Positions 14,498 to 26,935 of a stretch of 64,000 nucleotides of DNA are shown here, piece after piece. Positions within the stretch are counted from its first letter, which is position 1. Each line of letters opens with the position of its first letter. Made by a program: the position numbers and the translations under genes. The notes beneath the pieces are model-generated. The model was not told the origin of the DNA. It did no database searches and saw nothing but the letters and a program-made list of their open reading frames with translations. The stretch is from Mobula hypostoma (Eukaryota). Location of the stretch: assembly GCF_963921235.1 (NCBI RefSeq), contig NC_086097.1, positions 35,342,001-35,406,000 on the forward strand, read 5' to 3'.

Positions 14498-16371
14498 AAT
14501 TGATTTCTATTCAATGTTTCCTTCTGGGGGATTGACTATGAGACTAGACCAAGTTGGCCCAGGAATGGTCATTGTTGGATGTTCCCAGGTGAATTGTGGT
14601 TTCGCCGCATGGTGTCAAATTCGGACCTCAGGCAATGGCATGCTCTGTTCATTGTCATGAACTTTAGTAAGAACTTACATTGGATAATTTTGTTATCTTC
14701 AACCCAATCATTAACACTCAGCCATTCTATTCTCTATGCCTTCCTTGTTTCAAGACACCTATCTCTGACTATATACTATCTGATACACATCTATGTTTGG
14801 ATAAAATCTCCACAGCAGAGTGAGGGATGGAGAATCTTGTCATCGGCCTATGGCAGATCTAGGACAAGATCCTCCACCCCTTCCACCACATTGAAGATGA
14901 GCTCTTTTATAAATGACAAACATGGATTTTGAGGGGTCATTTACTACATTCAGGTTTTCCCCAGTTTGTGCAGTGTTCTGTTCATGTGAACTGTTCATAA
15001 CCCAAACAGTTTTCAAGTCGGGCATATGGTAATGAACCAAGTTCCCACATGGGAGAAGATTCTTGTTGTCCCACAGCAACCAGCAAATCTGTTTTGCTGA
15101 TATCCCAACCTCTTGTTTGCATGTATTGTCAGCACATAAAGTGATTATTAGTGGGGGGAAGGGTACCAGCTTTATTATTTTCTACATTATTATTGTGCAT
15201 TGGTAAATTATTATTGTGTATATTATTATTCCGTACTTTATTATTAGTTAAGTCTCCACACTGCTAAGTGTGTTTTGAAATGTTGCTGCTGTAACAAAAG
15301 AATTTCCCACTCGAGATCAATAAAGTACGTAGTATTATTATTATTACTTTTATTATTATGATCATTATTCCAAGTCTAAGTCGCTGCTAACTACTTAGAT
15401 TCAATGTCTAAGCTTTTGCTTTGTGTATGTTTTAAACTAAGTTGGTGATTAGAACTAGCAGCCGATAGGCTGGTGCTGAAATGAACAGCAGTCAGGGAAC
15501 TGGGATGCACTGGTGGAAAATGTTACAGCTGAAAGCAGTTATAGTTACAAGAAGCTCAAAGATATCCCAGTAAAGAAAAGCTATCGCATTGTTGCAAATT
15601 CCAAGGAAACAATAATTACATTTGTCTCTATATATTCATCATATGACTGGTCCTCCAAATGGCTTACTGCAACCTAATAGGAATATTTCAAGCTATTCAA
15701 TAAGTTGGTACCATTAATAGATGATTAGATTACAAAAGAGTGATTTTGAATGATAACACTTTATTAAAACACTGGTTATCCCTCAGATGGACATGATACT
15801 CAACTACACGTATTACGTGGCCATCTTTCACACCAATGAAAATTCAGTTTAAGTCCTAGTTGTGACTAATTTAACACAAGTCAAACAATGACAGCCTCTC
15901 TATAAAAGGAAACATTTGCTCCACATCCAGCTTACCAAGATCTTTTAGGATCAAATATGTCAGTGTACTCATTTCTCATTCTTCTAAAGTCCAGTGGTGG
16001 ACACACACCTGGCCTTTCTAACTTTCCATCATAATGCAACCTAATCATTCTGCATAGAGTCCAATAATCTTTCTCTGAACTGCTTCCAAATATTAACATC
16101 CATCTTTAAGTAAGGAGACCAATAGTGTACATAATACTCCAAATGTGTCTTCATCAATAGCTTCTGTCATGGAGTCATAACCTTCCTGCTTTTGCACACA
16201 AGGTCTCTAGTAATAGCCAATATTCTGTTAGCTTTGCTAATTATCTGCTGTACCCAGCAATGATTAGTCTTGTACTAATCGTTGCCAGAATTCCAAGATA
16301 CCCTTCATCTTAGAACTTCCCAACATTTAGATAACTTAGGCACAAAATTTACATCAGAACGATCCTAATGA

Positions 16372-16697
16372 CTTGAGTCCTCATGGTGGGTTTTGGCCCA
16401 AAACTTTGACTGTTTATTCATTTCCATAAATACTGCCTGACTTGCTGAGTTCCTCCAGTATTTTGAATGTGTTGCTATGGATTTACAGCATCTGCAGAAT
16501 CTTTTGTATCTAGATAAAATGTTTTGTTTTTATTTAATCCTGCCTATATGGACAACCTGAAACACAAGATTCTGGAGAATCTGCGAATCATGAGCAACAC
16601 ACACAAAATGTTGAAGGAAATTAGCTGGTCAGGCAGTATCTGTGAATGAAAATACAGAGTCAATGTTTTGGGACGAGATGCTTCATCCGGACTGGAC
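16372..16697. mobile_element. Two short decayed Penelope terminal-repeat copies, tail-to-tail (about 16372-16510 +, about 16560-16697 -)
   Basis: ctgcctgacttgctgagttcctccag..gcatctgcagaatc, followed by its reverse-complement homologue acacacaaaatgttgaaggaa..cttcatccggactgg. Confidence 0.7.
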
Positions 16698-17789
16698 AAT
16701 TTCAGATTTTTCCATATTCTAATCTATTCGGTCAATATTTGTTCAATTACTTAAAGTCCATTATTCCTCTGTCAACTACTTCAGTCTTTCTCTCACCTTT
16801 CTTTTATAGTTTTCATTAGAAAATTTAGGGCTAAATTTACCAATTTACCAAAATTTTTTTTAAAAGGTGAGGTCCCAGCATTAATCCCTGTGGTGCCCAG
16901 GAAAGTGCCTGGATACAAAGAGTAAAAAGAAGGTGTGGCTATTCATATTAATCATATTGACATTCAAATGAAAATTAGGCAAATACTATACTTGAAAGGA
17001 TATAGGCAATGCTGATGGTACAGCTGACAAGAATTAATTGGACAGCACTTCTAGATTTGGCACAGGACTGTTGGACTGAATAGTTTCCCTTTTAATTGTA
17101 ACAATGCATGTGGACTACTGGAAATGCTCCAGAATAAATTCAGGTTGTGATTTTGTTAATCTGAAATATCTAATTAAAGTCACTAATGTCTATTCTGGGC
17201 ATTTCACATCTTGACGTTTTCTAATTTCTGGATGAATTTTATAATGTTCAAGTTTATGCTGCAATTGAAAATCCAGCAGTACATTCATGTCAGGAGTCAA
17301 TATTTGGTTATCCTTACTGGGTTCTGGTCTATATATCATCTCCATGTTTTAGCAAAAACTGTCAATTAAATGCCAAGAGTTGGATTTAATTGCCCAGTAA
17401 TACACCCCGGCTCAGCAGACCTAACAGTAATATGAATTTGTGCAACAGGATATAATATGTGGTCATTATAATATAGCTGGTTTAGTGCTGTTTGAGAATT
17501 AATTTCTAGGTATGTATAATCTAGGACTTAATTAACATTTGTAGTTCAAAAGTTCATGGTTAACTACAGATGACAATCATGAAAGTTCAAAATTTTGTGT
17601 GAATGAAATTTAAAGAAAGATAGCCAATTAAAAGGAACTGCTTATTAAAGTCTTTAAATAAACCACTATACATATTTTAACATCAGCTAAATTAGAAATA
17701 GATGTCTACAGCTAAACTTTAAACCTCTTGACAGGCAGGCTAAATCTTCCTGTTCCTGTTATTATATAAAATTAAATTCAGTAAGTAGT

Positions 17790-18380
17790 GTTGAGAGAAA
17801 AATAGTGAGGTAGTATTTACAGGTTAGTTCTTTGTCCATTCAGAAGTCTGATGTTGGAGGGGAAGAAAATGTTCCTAAAATGTTGAGTGTGTTTCTTCAG
17901 GCTCCTGCACCTCCTTCTTGATGGTAGCAATGAGAAGGGAGTATGTCCTGGGTGACAGGAGTCCTTAATGATGGATGTTGCCTTTTTGAGATGTTGCCTT
18001 TGAAGATGCTGGGGAGGCTGTGGAGTTGGTTGAATTTGCAACCCTCTGCAGATTTTCCCAATCCTGCACAATTGCCCCTCCATACCACAGGGTGATGCAA
18101 CCAGTTTGAATGTTAACCATATAACAATTACAGACCAGAAACATGCCATCTCGGCCCTGCTAGTCCGTGCCAAGCTCTTACTTTCACCTAGTCCAACCGA
18201 CCTGCACTCAACCCATAACCCTCCATTCCTTTCCTGTCCATATAGCTAATATAACCATATAACAATTAGAGCACAGAAACAGGCCATCTCAGCCCTTCTA
18301 GTCCGTGCCGAACGCTTACTCCACGGTACATCTCTAGAAATTTGCTCGAGGTTTTGGTGATATACCAAATCGCCTCAGAC
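17790..18380 (-). mobile_element. Rex/Babar-like 3' fragment containing two tandem CR1 3' tails (about 18115-18320)
   Basis: KATSIIKDSCHPGHTPFSLLPSRRRCRSLK. The unit aaccatataacaatta..cagaaac..gccatctc..ctagtccgtgcc occurs twice. Confidence 0.75.
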
Positions 18381-18914
18381 CAAAGACCCTAGATAAAGAC
18401 TTTGCAGGCTAATTCCTAATTAGCCAGAATACTGCAAAAGATTGCGTCACTTTGGATGCGTCTTACATCCAAAGCAAAATGGCCGTAATCTTCTAACTAG
18501 TTTAAGATAGTTTGTACTAGAATGCTGTATAGCTCTACCCATGTCCTGCTTCATTTTAATTAGATTTATGAATTTTGCTCTTTATATAAATTTGTTGAAC
18601 ATCATATAGAACCTTAAAGCTGCTATGTTTGGGCCCAAGAACATGTTTTAGTATTCTTCTATACTTAAATTGATTGCCTTACCCCCAAAACAAGTTTAAA
18701 TTAGTTTTGAATAATTTCAGTGTTCATTTTCAGTTAATTGCAATTAGGTTACTCTTGTGACAAACCTGTTTTCAGTTGTATCAGTCAAACGATTCCAGGC
18801 TACCACTCTAAGGAGTATTATTTGATCCAGAATGTTTCTGTAGTTTCGAAACCACTACTTGATTGCTCTGCTTATTCATAGATTTTTGCAATTTCTGCTA
18901 TAAAAGATGAGCAT

Positions 18915-20120
18915 GAATCAGAATCAAGTGTATTATCACTGTCTAATATGACAGGAAATGTGTTGTTTTGTGGCAGTAGTATGGTGCAGAGACATAAAAT
19001 TACTATAAAGTACAAGATAGTATTCATGAGTTCATGGACCACTCATAGAACTGATGAAGGAAGAAGCTGCCCCTGAATAATTGAGAGTGCAGGTCTTCAG
19101 GCCTCCGTACCTCCCCCCGATGGCAGTAATAAGGAGAGTGCACACCCAGATGGTGAAGGTTTTAATGATGGGTGCCAAAGTCTTGAGGCACCACCTCCCG
19201 AAGATATCCTTGGAGGTGTTGAGGATTGTGCCTGTGATGGAGTCTGCTGAGCCTACAACCCTCTACAACCTCTTGCAATCCTGCATGTTGGAGTCTTTAT
19301 GCCATGGTGTGAGGGAACCAGTTGGAATGCTCTATAGAAACTTGGGTGACATACCAAATCGCCTCAAATTCCCAACAAATTCGAGCCACTGTCGACATCT
19401 GGGATTTTACGAACTGTGGTGTCATCTGCGACTTTATAAATGGTGTTTGAGCTGAGCTTAGCCACAGAGTCATGTGTGTAGAGAGGCTAGAGCAGTGGGT
19501 TGAGCACGCATCCTTGAGATGCGGCATGTTTATTATCTGCAAGGAGGAGATGCTATTACCAATCTGTACCGACTGGTACAAATTCCCAATAAGGAAGTCA
19601 AGGATCCAGTTGCAGAGGGGGGTAGAGAAGTTGAGGTTAAAAAGCTTGGTAATTATTACTGAGGAAAGGATGGTATTGAATGCTGAGCTGTAATCGCTGA
19701 ACAGCAGCCTGACATACAGTACTATATGTTTTGCTGTTGTCTTATTGCTCCAAAGTGGAGGTCAAGTGAGATTGTGTCTGCTGTAGACTGCTTGCAATGA
19801 ACTGCAGCAGGTCCTGGTTCTTGCTTAGGCAGGAGTTAATTCTAGCCATAACCAATCTCTTAAAAGCATTTCAATATGGTAGATTTGAGTGCAACTGGGC
19901 AATAGTCATCGAGGCAACTCAGCATGCCCTTCCTTAGCCCTGGCATGATTACTGCCCCTTTGAAGGACATGGAAACCTCTGAATGCAGCAGTGAGAGGTT
20001 GAAGATGTCCTTGAACACTCTGGTCTTCAGAATCCACCCAGATATACCATGATACATCTGAGGGTTCGCCCACTTGAAGGGGGTTCTGAGCCTCCGAGAC
20101 AGAGATCACAGGGTCACTGG
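18915..20120 (-). mobile_element. Rex/Babar-like LINE, degenerate
   Basis: VFKDIFNLSLLHSEV..CLDDYCPVALKSTILKCF and [11 protein letters not shown]; gaatcagaatca tail. Confidence 0.8.
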
Positions 20121-20429
20121 ATAATGTGAGAATTTGTATACCTTTTGTATGCCTTTGAATGCTTACATAAAAAGACATTGAGATCCTTGGTGAATGAAAC
20201 TGACAGTGTTCTCGGTACCCAGAAACATTTCCAACCAAGTCTTTCTGGGTTAGACCCATGAAGAAGTATAAATCAAGGAAAGAAAGATCTGCCTACAAGC
20301 TCAGACTTAATTTATTTCTAACTGGATCTTGTGTTCTTTCTGCTGGCTCACTGTTAGAATTTCCAGGTTAAAATGAACTGTACTTTGATTTAGAATGCTA
20401 TATCCAGCAACTTAGTGTCCTTTCAGACT

Positions 20430-20702
20430 ACAAGGACATCCTTTTAGAACAGAGATGAGGAGGAATTTCTTTAGCCAGAGGATGCTAAATTGATGGAATT
20501 CAGTGCAGTGGACGGTTGTGGAGGCCAGGTCATTGGATATATTTAAAATAGAGTGATAGATCCTTGTTTAGTAAAGGTGTCAACGGTTATGGGGAGAAGG
20601 GAGGAGAATGGGATTGAAAAAGTTAACAAATGAGCCCTGATAGAATAGTGGAACAGATGCAGTTGGTCAAATGGCTTAATTCTGCTCCTCTGTCTTATGT
20701 CT
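20430..20702 (+). mobile_element. CR1 3' fragment
   Basis: tttagaacagagatgaggaggaatttctttagccagagg..aatggcttaattctgctcct. Confidence 0.8.
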
Positions 20703-20963
20703 ACCAACTGCGCAATTAGTTTTGGAAGAACAATGGTGCTACTGAAGTGTGAATGCATAAACATATATTGAAAGAGTGAAAAACAAATGCAATAAGAAGG
20801 AGTTTAACAGAGGAAATGCTTAAAGGACTTTGTTACACAAGTTAGATTTCAGCAGGGGATTTTGAAATCTCCAGTTGATATTCCACCCCAGAGATGTTCA
20901 CTTAAGCAGATTTTAAAATATGTATGCAAAGCAAAAATGACTCAAATCTCTTCCATTTTTTGA

Positions 20964-21296
<333 letters not shown>

Positions 21297-23274
21297 TAAC
21301 TAGGGAAATGCACATTGCAAAATAATTAATCCTGGGGGTATGTGGAATATATTGGAAACATAGCCTATTTTTTCATTTGGGTGGATTACATTCCTTTTCC
21401 CTGAACATGTTCAATAATTGTTTAAATTATAGAAGATTTTAAACAGATCGTCCTAACAATCTTTGTGTTTTCCATTTAGAAAAAAAATGTGATTTTTTTG
21501 TAAATTCTAGTTCTATGTTTTGTTGGAACCAGTATAAAAGTTCATGATTTTGACCTTGACTTTGATGAAATATGGGCTTTTGAGGAATATGCTACAATAA
21601 ACTCCTTGCAATTTGGTGTAAAAATGCTTTCTCGATTTGTGAATTTAAATGAGATTTATGATTTGAAATAATAAACCCTTATACTTTTTGTCTTTTTTTG
21701 CTGCACGCAGAATGAAGTGTAAAGATTTGCAGATGTCAAATTAGATTTGTTTTATCCTCAAGAGAATTGATGTAATAAAACTAATAAATCCTGCACAAAA
21801 ACCTTTTCCAATTTAAACTCAGTTGGTCTGAAAAATGACCATAACATAATATGATAGAATTTTATATTGAGTTTGAAATCAGTATAGTTCAATCCAAAAC
21901 TGTGGTTAATATCATGTGGGACAAGTTGAATTTGGTTGATTGGGGAATTACATTAAAAGTTGTGACAGTAGACAGGTTATGATAGCACTTATGGAAAAAA
22001 TACAAAATTATCTTAAATCCTTAAAGTAAGAAAACTTCAATAGGAATTAAAGATGCCATTAAATCAAAAGAAGAACCTTACACAATGTTGTAGAAATAGC
22101 ACTAGTTATAAAGTTTGGGAGCATTTTAGGATTCAGCAAAGGACTGCCAAGAAATTGATGAAAAATTGAAAGAGAATATGTGAGGTGGGAAACATAAAAG
22201 TGGACACAAAGAACTTTAAAAATATGTAGAAGGGAGAAAAACTGGGAAAAACAAATATTACAGTTAAGAATGGGCAAATTTACAGTATAAGAGTAACAAA
22301 ATGGGAGAGAAATTAAACAGATCCAATCACATTTCCTTTTCCGGTTTCCCATGCAAACGGTGTTGACAACGTGGAGTTTGCGATGATTTGTCTGCGCATT
22401 TTAGAACTGGCTTATTTATATTGTTTTTATTGAAGAAATTATTCAGTGCTCACATGTTGTTGTCGCTGGGCAAAAAATTGCACAGCCCAAGATCTTTGTG
22501 CACACTGCTTGTTACAAGTTCGAGGGAACATTGTTTGGCAAGTCATTGCAGGAAGGTATTTGTCTTGACTGAAGAGGGATGAACCAAGGGAGTAGGCCAT
22601 TTAGGAATGAAACTGAAAGATAGTTTTTAACTGAGAGTGTGGTGAATCTGGAAGGCTTTGCTCATTCGGTAAGTTTTTGGATATTGAGGGAATGAAGAGT
22701 TATGGGAATAGTACTCAAAAATGGAGCTGAGGTGGAAGATCATCTGTGATCTTGATAAATAATAAATTGATAAATGGATGTACAGTCTTGAAAGGACAAT
22801 TAGTTTATTCCTGCTCCTATTTCTGCTTTTCTCCATAAAGTTCTACCACCAGATTCTTTAAAACAAAAATGCCATCTGTGTGTATTGCATTTTACAGCCC
22901 ATCCTGTGGGATTACTTTTGACATAATTGTGATAAGTTATCAGAAGATAGACATTTATGGGAGTTTATTGACTCCTTGTTGCCAGCAACTTGGTACTAGT
23001 GTGATGCTAACAAGACAAGATGCTTCATTGAAAGAAAACACTAAGGGAAAGGTTGAATTAAATCATGGAAGATTTCACCTCTCTTAAGAATGTGGGTAGT
23101 GTTTTCACATTTCCTTTTATAATGAAATTTTTTGGTACAATTAGTATTGATATTAGTGTGATCTCATGGTTGTGATGAACAGTGAATCTAGGTATGGGAG
23201 TATGTGGAATATATTGGGAATTTAACCTATATTGATTTGAATAGTTACATTCCACTGTTACTCTGTGACTATAC

Positions 23275-23685
23275 TTTGTGGAATTCAGAAGAATGAGAAG
23301 CGATCATTTAGAAACATACAAAATAATGAAAGAGATAGATAAGATAGAGGCAGGAAAGTTGTTTCCACTGGTAAGTGAGACAAGAACTAGGGGACATAGT
23401 ATCTCGGTTTGTGGAATAGATTTAGGATGGGAATGAGGAAAAACTGCTTTTCCCAGCGTGTGGTGAATCTGTGAAATTCTCTGCCTATGGAAGCAGTAAA
23501 GACTACCCCACTAAATATATTTAAGGCACAGTTAGACAAATTTTTAAGGGCTATGGAGAAGAGAAGTTCATGGAGCTGAGTCCATGGCCAGATCAGCTAT
23601 GCTCTTATTGAATGGTGGAACAGGACTGAGGAGACAGATGACCCACTCCTGCTCCTATTTCTTAAGCTTCCTATGTTTCCTATGA
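23275..23685 (+). mobile_element. CR1 3' fragment
   Basis: ggaattcagaagaatgaga (EFRRMR)..gtggtgaatctgtg..cccactcctgctcctatttctt. Confidence 0.8.
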
Positions 23686-26600
23686 ACTCCTTCAATCATG
23701 ACATATCCAACTGTGGACACATCTTGATTAAAGGGATACAATGAAAAGTAATGTTAAATTTGAATTGTAAGTTTAATTAGTTTAAGAGCCATTTGATCTG
23801 ATCTTTAGAAACACAAATCTGATGAAATTCTGGCTAGCTTCTTTTCTAAGTATTTACTCCAAGGAAGTAATATCGTCTCGGTTTTCATTAGATTGCAATG
23901 TTCTTTGACACAGTTTCCCTGAAATGTCACTATGATGCAAGGAATTGTGAATTTTTAATTGCATCTCAAATCACTACTAATTGTATTTGCTTGCTGACAT
24001 TTGAAGAAGATAGAATTTTTTTTTGTACAGAAGGATATTTTTGGCAGAGTTGAAATAAGTTCTGAATATAATGTAATTTATTAATAAACTACCAATCTAA
24101 TATAGCCAGCAAGTAGTTATCTATAAACTTTTAAAAGGAATTAAAATCAGATTAATCACAGGTGTCTGATTAACAATATGACTGAAAAGGTATATTTTAT
24201 TTGGACCCTTATTTTTACCAATATTATTTAAAAACTGCTAAATAGCTACACTATGAAGGAATATTTCTTAAGCAATTACTTTATTTAAACCCTTACCTTT
24301 CAAAATTGTGCCAACTATATATATTTGTTGACATATAACTGAATTATTTGTGAATGAATTTCAAAGATAATTAGTATTGAATAACCTCTCCAGACCTTAT
24401 TCAAGTGAATAGAAACCGGATAAGAAAACTTCACAAAACAGTCCCAACTTGCTGTCCAATCGACATTTCTGCACAAATTGAAATCTCAACCACAATGACA
24501 GAGCTCTGAGGATTTAGATCTAGATGGTCTGATTTGCCACCTTTTGTGCCACAGTCAAAGTCAAGTTCAAAGTTGAGTTTGAACGAGTAATGTTCAAGTA
24601 CATGGATGCTAAGGGGCAATGAAGAACTTACTTGCAGCTGCATCATAGGACAATGACATCAGATAAATAGAATTTGCAAGAAAACTAGAAATTAACCATA
24701 AATTATGCACATTTTTTACAAGAATGAACTCAGAGTGAATTAAACGCTATTTTAGAACAAAGTGATCAAAGTGTTGCTCTACTAATGCAGTGAAAGAGTG
24801 AAGAATACAGTGAATGGTTGAAGGGAAGTAACTGTTCTTGACCTAGTGATGTGGGACCTTAGTGGGGCTTCAACATCAGTTAAAATACCCTTTGAATATA
24901 CAATAAAAAATTGAACTCTAAACCAATAAAATAAATTACTACAGAACATCGTGGTTTCCGGTAAAAGGTAGTATGATAAATTGTGCTATTCAGCTGGACA
25001 GTAAGGAGAGTGGAAACATCATAGATCATGTTATTGAATGCCTGACAAGATCATATTTCTGTAACAAGGCCTGAACTTTGCATTATTCCTAATGAGGACA
25101 CTGAAAACAATCATCATTATTAAGCTGTAAATAGGTCAGCAACATCTGCCATCCATGCATGTGCTGTTAAATGCTAGAACACTGGGAACTGCTGTCAAAG
25201 GAACCATGTTCTGCTACAGAGTACACTGTTAGCAGAGTTTGCTTCACTATTGGAATGACTGTAATGACCTAAACAAGAGTACTTATCCACCATTTCCACA
25301 GTAAAAAGAGCTGAAAGCTAAATAATTCAGGTGCGAGTTTTTAATGGCACAACAGAGCTAGAAGACTTTCCTGGAACTGAAAAATTAATTCCAAAAGCAT
25401 CGAGCCTCATTCCATTTTATTTCTTTCTATCTGCCACTTTAACCTCTCCTTAATTCCTTCTGTATTTCCCAGATCTTATTCTAATTTGTCATCGCAACTT
25501 AAATGCCCTGTGTTTTATTTTAGTGCAGGTTACCGTCAGCATTCTTGAATCAATTAGTTTGATAAACCTTACAGTTTCTTAACTCATTCACTGGCAGCAT
25601 AGATTCCACCTAAGGGTGATTACAGCAGAATAAGCAGCAGTTTCAAGGAAATCTACAGCTTTAAAAGCTCAGTGGATGGCTGTAAGTGAGGTGTTAGTCA
25701 GGTGTTGTTCCTTTGGCATTACGGGCAAAACCAACATAAATGGGGAGAATAATTCATTAATGGAATGTACTATATATAATGGTGCTCTGTTACATCCCAG
25801 CTGCAAACTGCAATGATAGAACCCTGATCTCCGCCACTAATAGGAACAAGGGCGCAAGTGCAGTAAAGCAAGTTCTCCAAGTCATACAGCATCCTGACCC
25901 AGAAATGCATTGCTGGTTCTTCAGTTGCACTGGCTCTGAGTCCTGGAACCTCACTAACCCTCACCAGAAGGTTTGCAGTAGTACAAGAAGGCAGCTCAGA
26001 ACCACCTGGCCCCCTTTTCGAGGACAATTAACAATAAGCAATAAATTATGGTTGTATGAGCAACATCCAAATCCTGAAAATGGGTAAAGAAAAGTTTTAA
26101 GGTCATGAGGGGTCTCGGCCAGAAATGGCAATGGTTTATTCCCTGTCCTAGATGCTGACTGACCTGCTGAGTACCTCCTGCATTTAGTATGTGTTGCTCA
26201 AGGTTTACAATATCCGCAGAACATCTTGTGCAAAAGTGGCATGCAGTCAATAAAACGCAAAGGCTTTTTACTACCTCAATGTCTCCCAAGAGCTTTACAA
26301 TTAATGAAGTAATTTTAGAAGGTAGTCACTTTTGATATATAGGAAACTCATGAGTTTATTCAGTAAGCACAGATGACTTTCGCAAAATCTGCAAATTGTA
26401 CACCACTGGTCACTGTAGGGTCATAGAACACTACAGCACAGAAACAAGCCCTTCAGTCCATCTAGTCTATGCTAAACCATTAATCTGCCTGATCCCATTG
26501 ACCTGCACTCATACCATAGCCCTCCATAACCCTCCCATCCATGTCTCGCCCAACCTCAATGGAAAAAGCCGGCTTGCGTTTACCCTGTCTATACCTCTCA

Positions 26601-26780
26601 TAATTTTGCATACCTCTATAAAATCTTCCCTCAGTCTTCTAAATTCTAGGGAATAAATTCCTAAACCATTCAACCTTTCCCTGTAACTCAGTTCTTCAGG
26701 TCCTGGCATTATCCTTGTAAATTTTCCCTGTCCTCTTTCAATCTTATTGACATCTTTCCTGTAGGTGGGTGCCCAAAACT

Positions 26781-26935
26781 AGGGTCTCGGCCTGAAACGT
26801 GAGTCCTGACGAAGGGTCTCCATCTGAAACGTCGACTGCACCTCTTCCTAGAGATGCTGCCTGGCCTGCTGCGTTCACCAGCAACTTTGATGTGTATTGC
26901 TTGAATTTCCAGCATGTGCAGAATTCCTGTTGTTT
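26781..26935 (+). mobile_element. Penelope terminal-repeat insertion nested in CR1, with 1.5 hammerhead copies
   Basis: Interrupts CR1 sequence cccaaaact|gcaaaatactt. Near-identical to the reverse complement of 53909-54008. Confidence 0.85.
26802..26837 (+). ncRNA. Minimal type I hammerhead ribozyme motif; core intact, helix II weakened
   Basis: AGTC CTGACGA AGGGTCTCCATCT GAAA CGTC GACT. Confidence 0.6.

Noticed and set aside
13622..14514. Several 90-140 aa Pro/Ser/Phe-rich ORFs
   Set aside because: Translations of the pyrimidine-rich Penelope 3' UTR; no domain signal.
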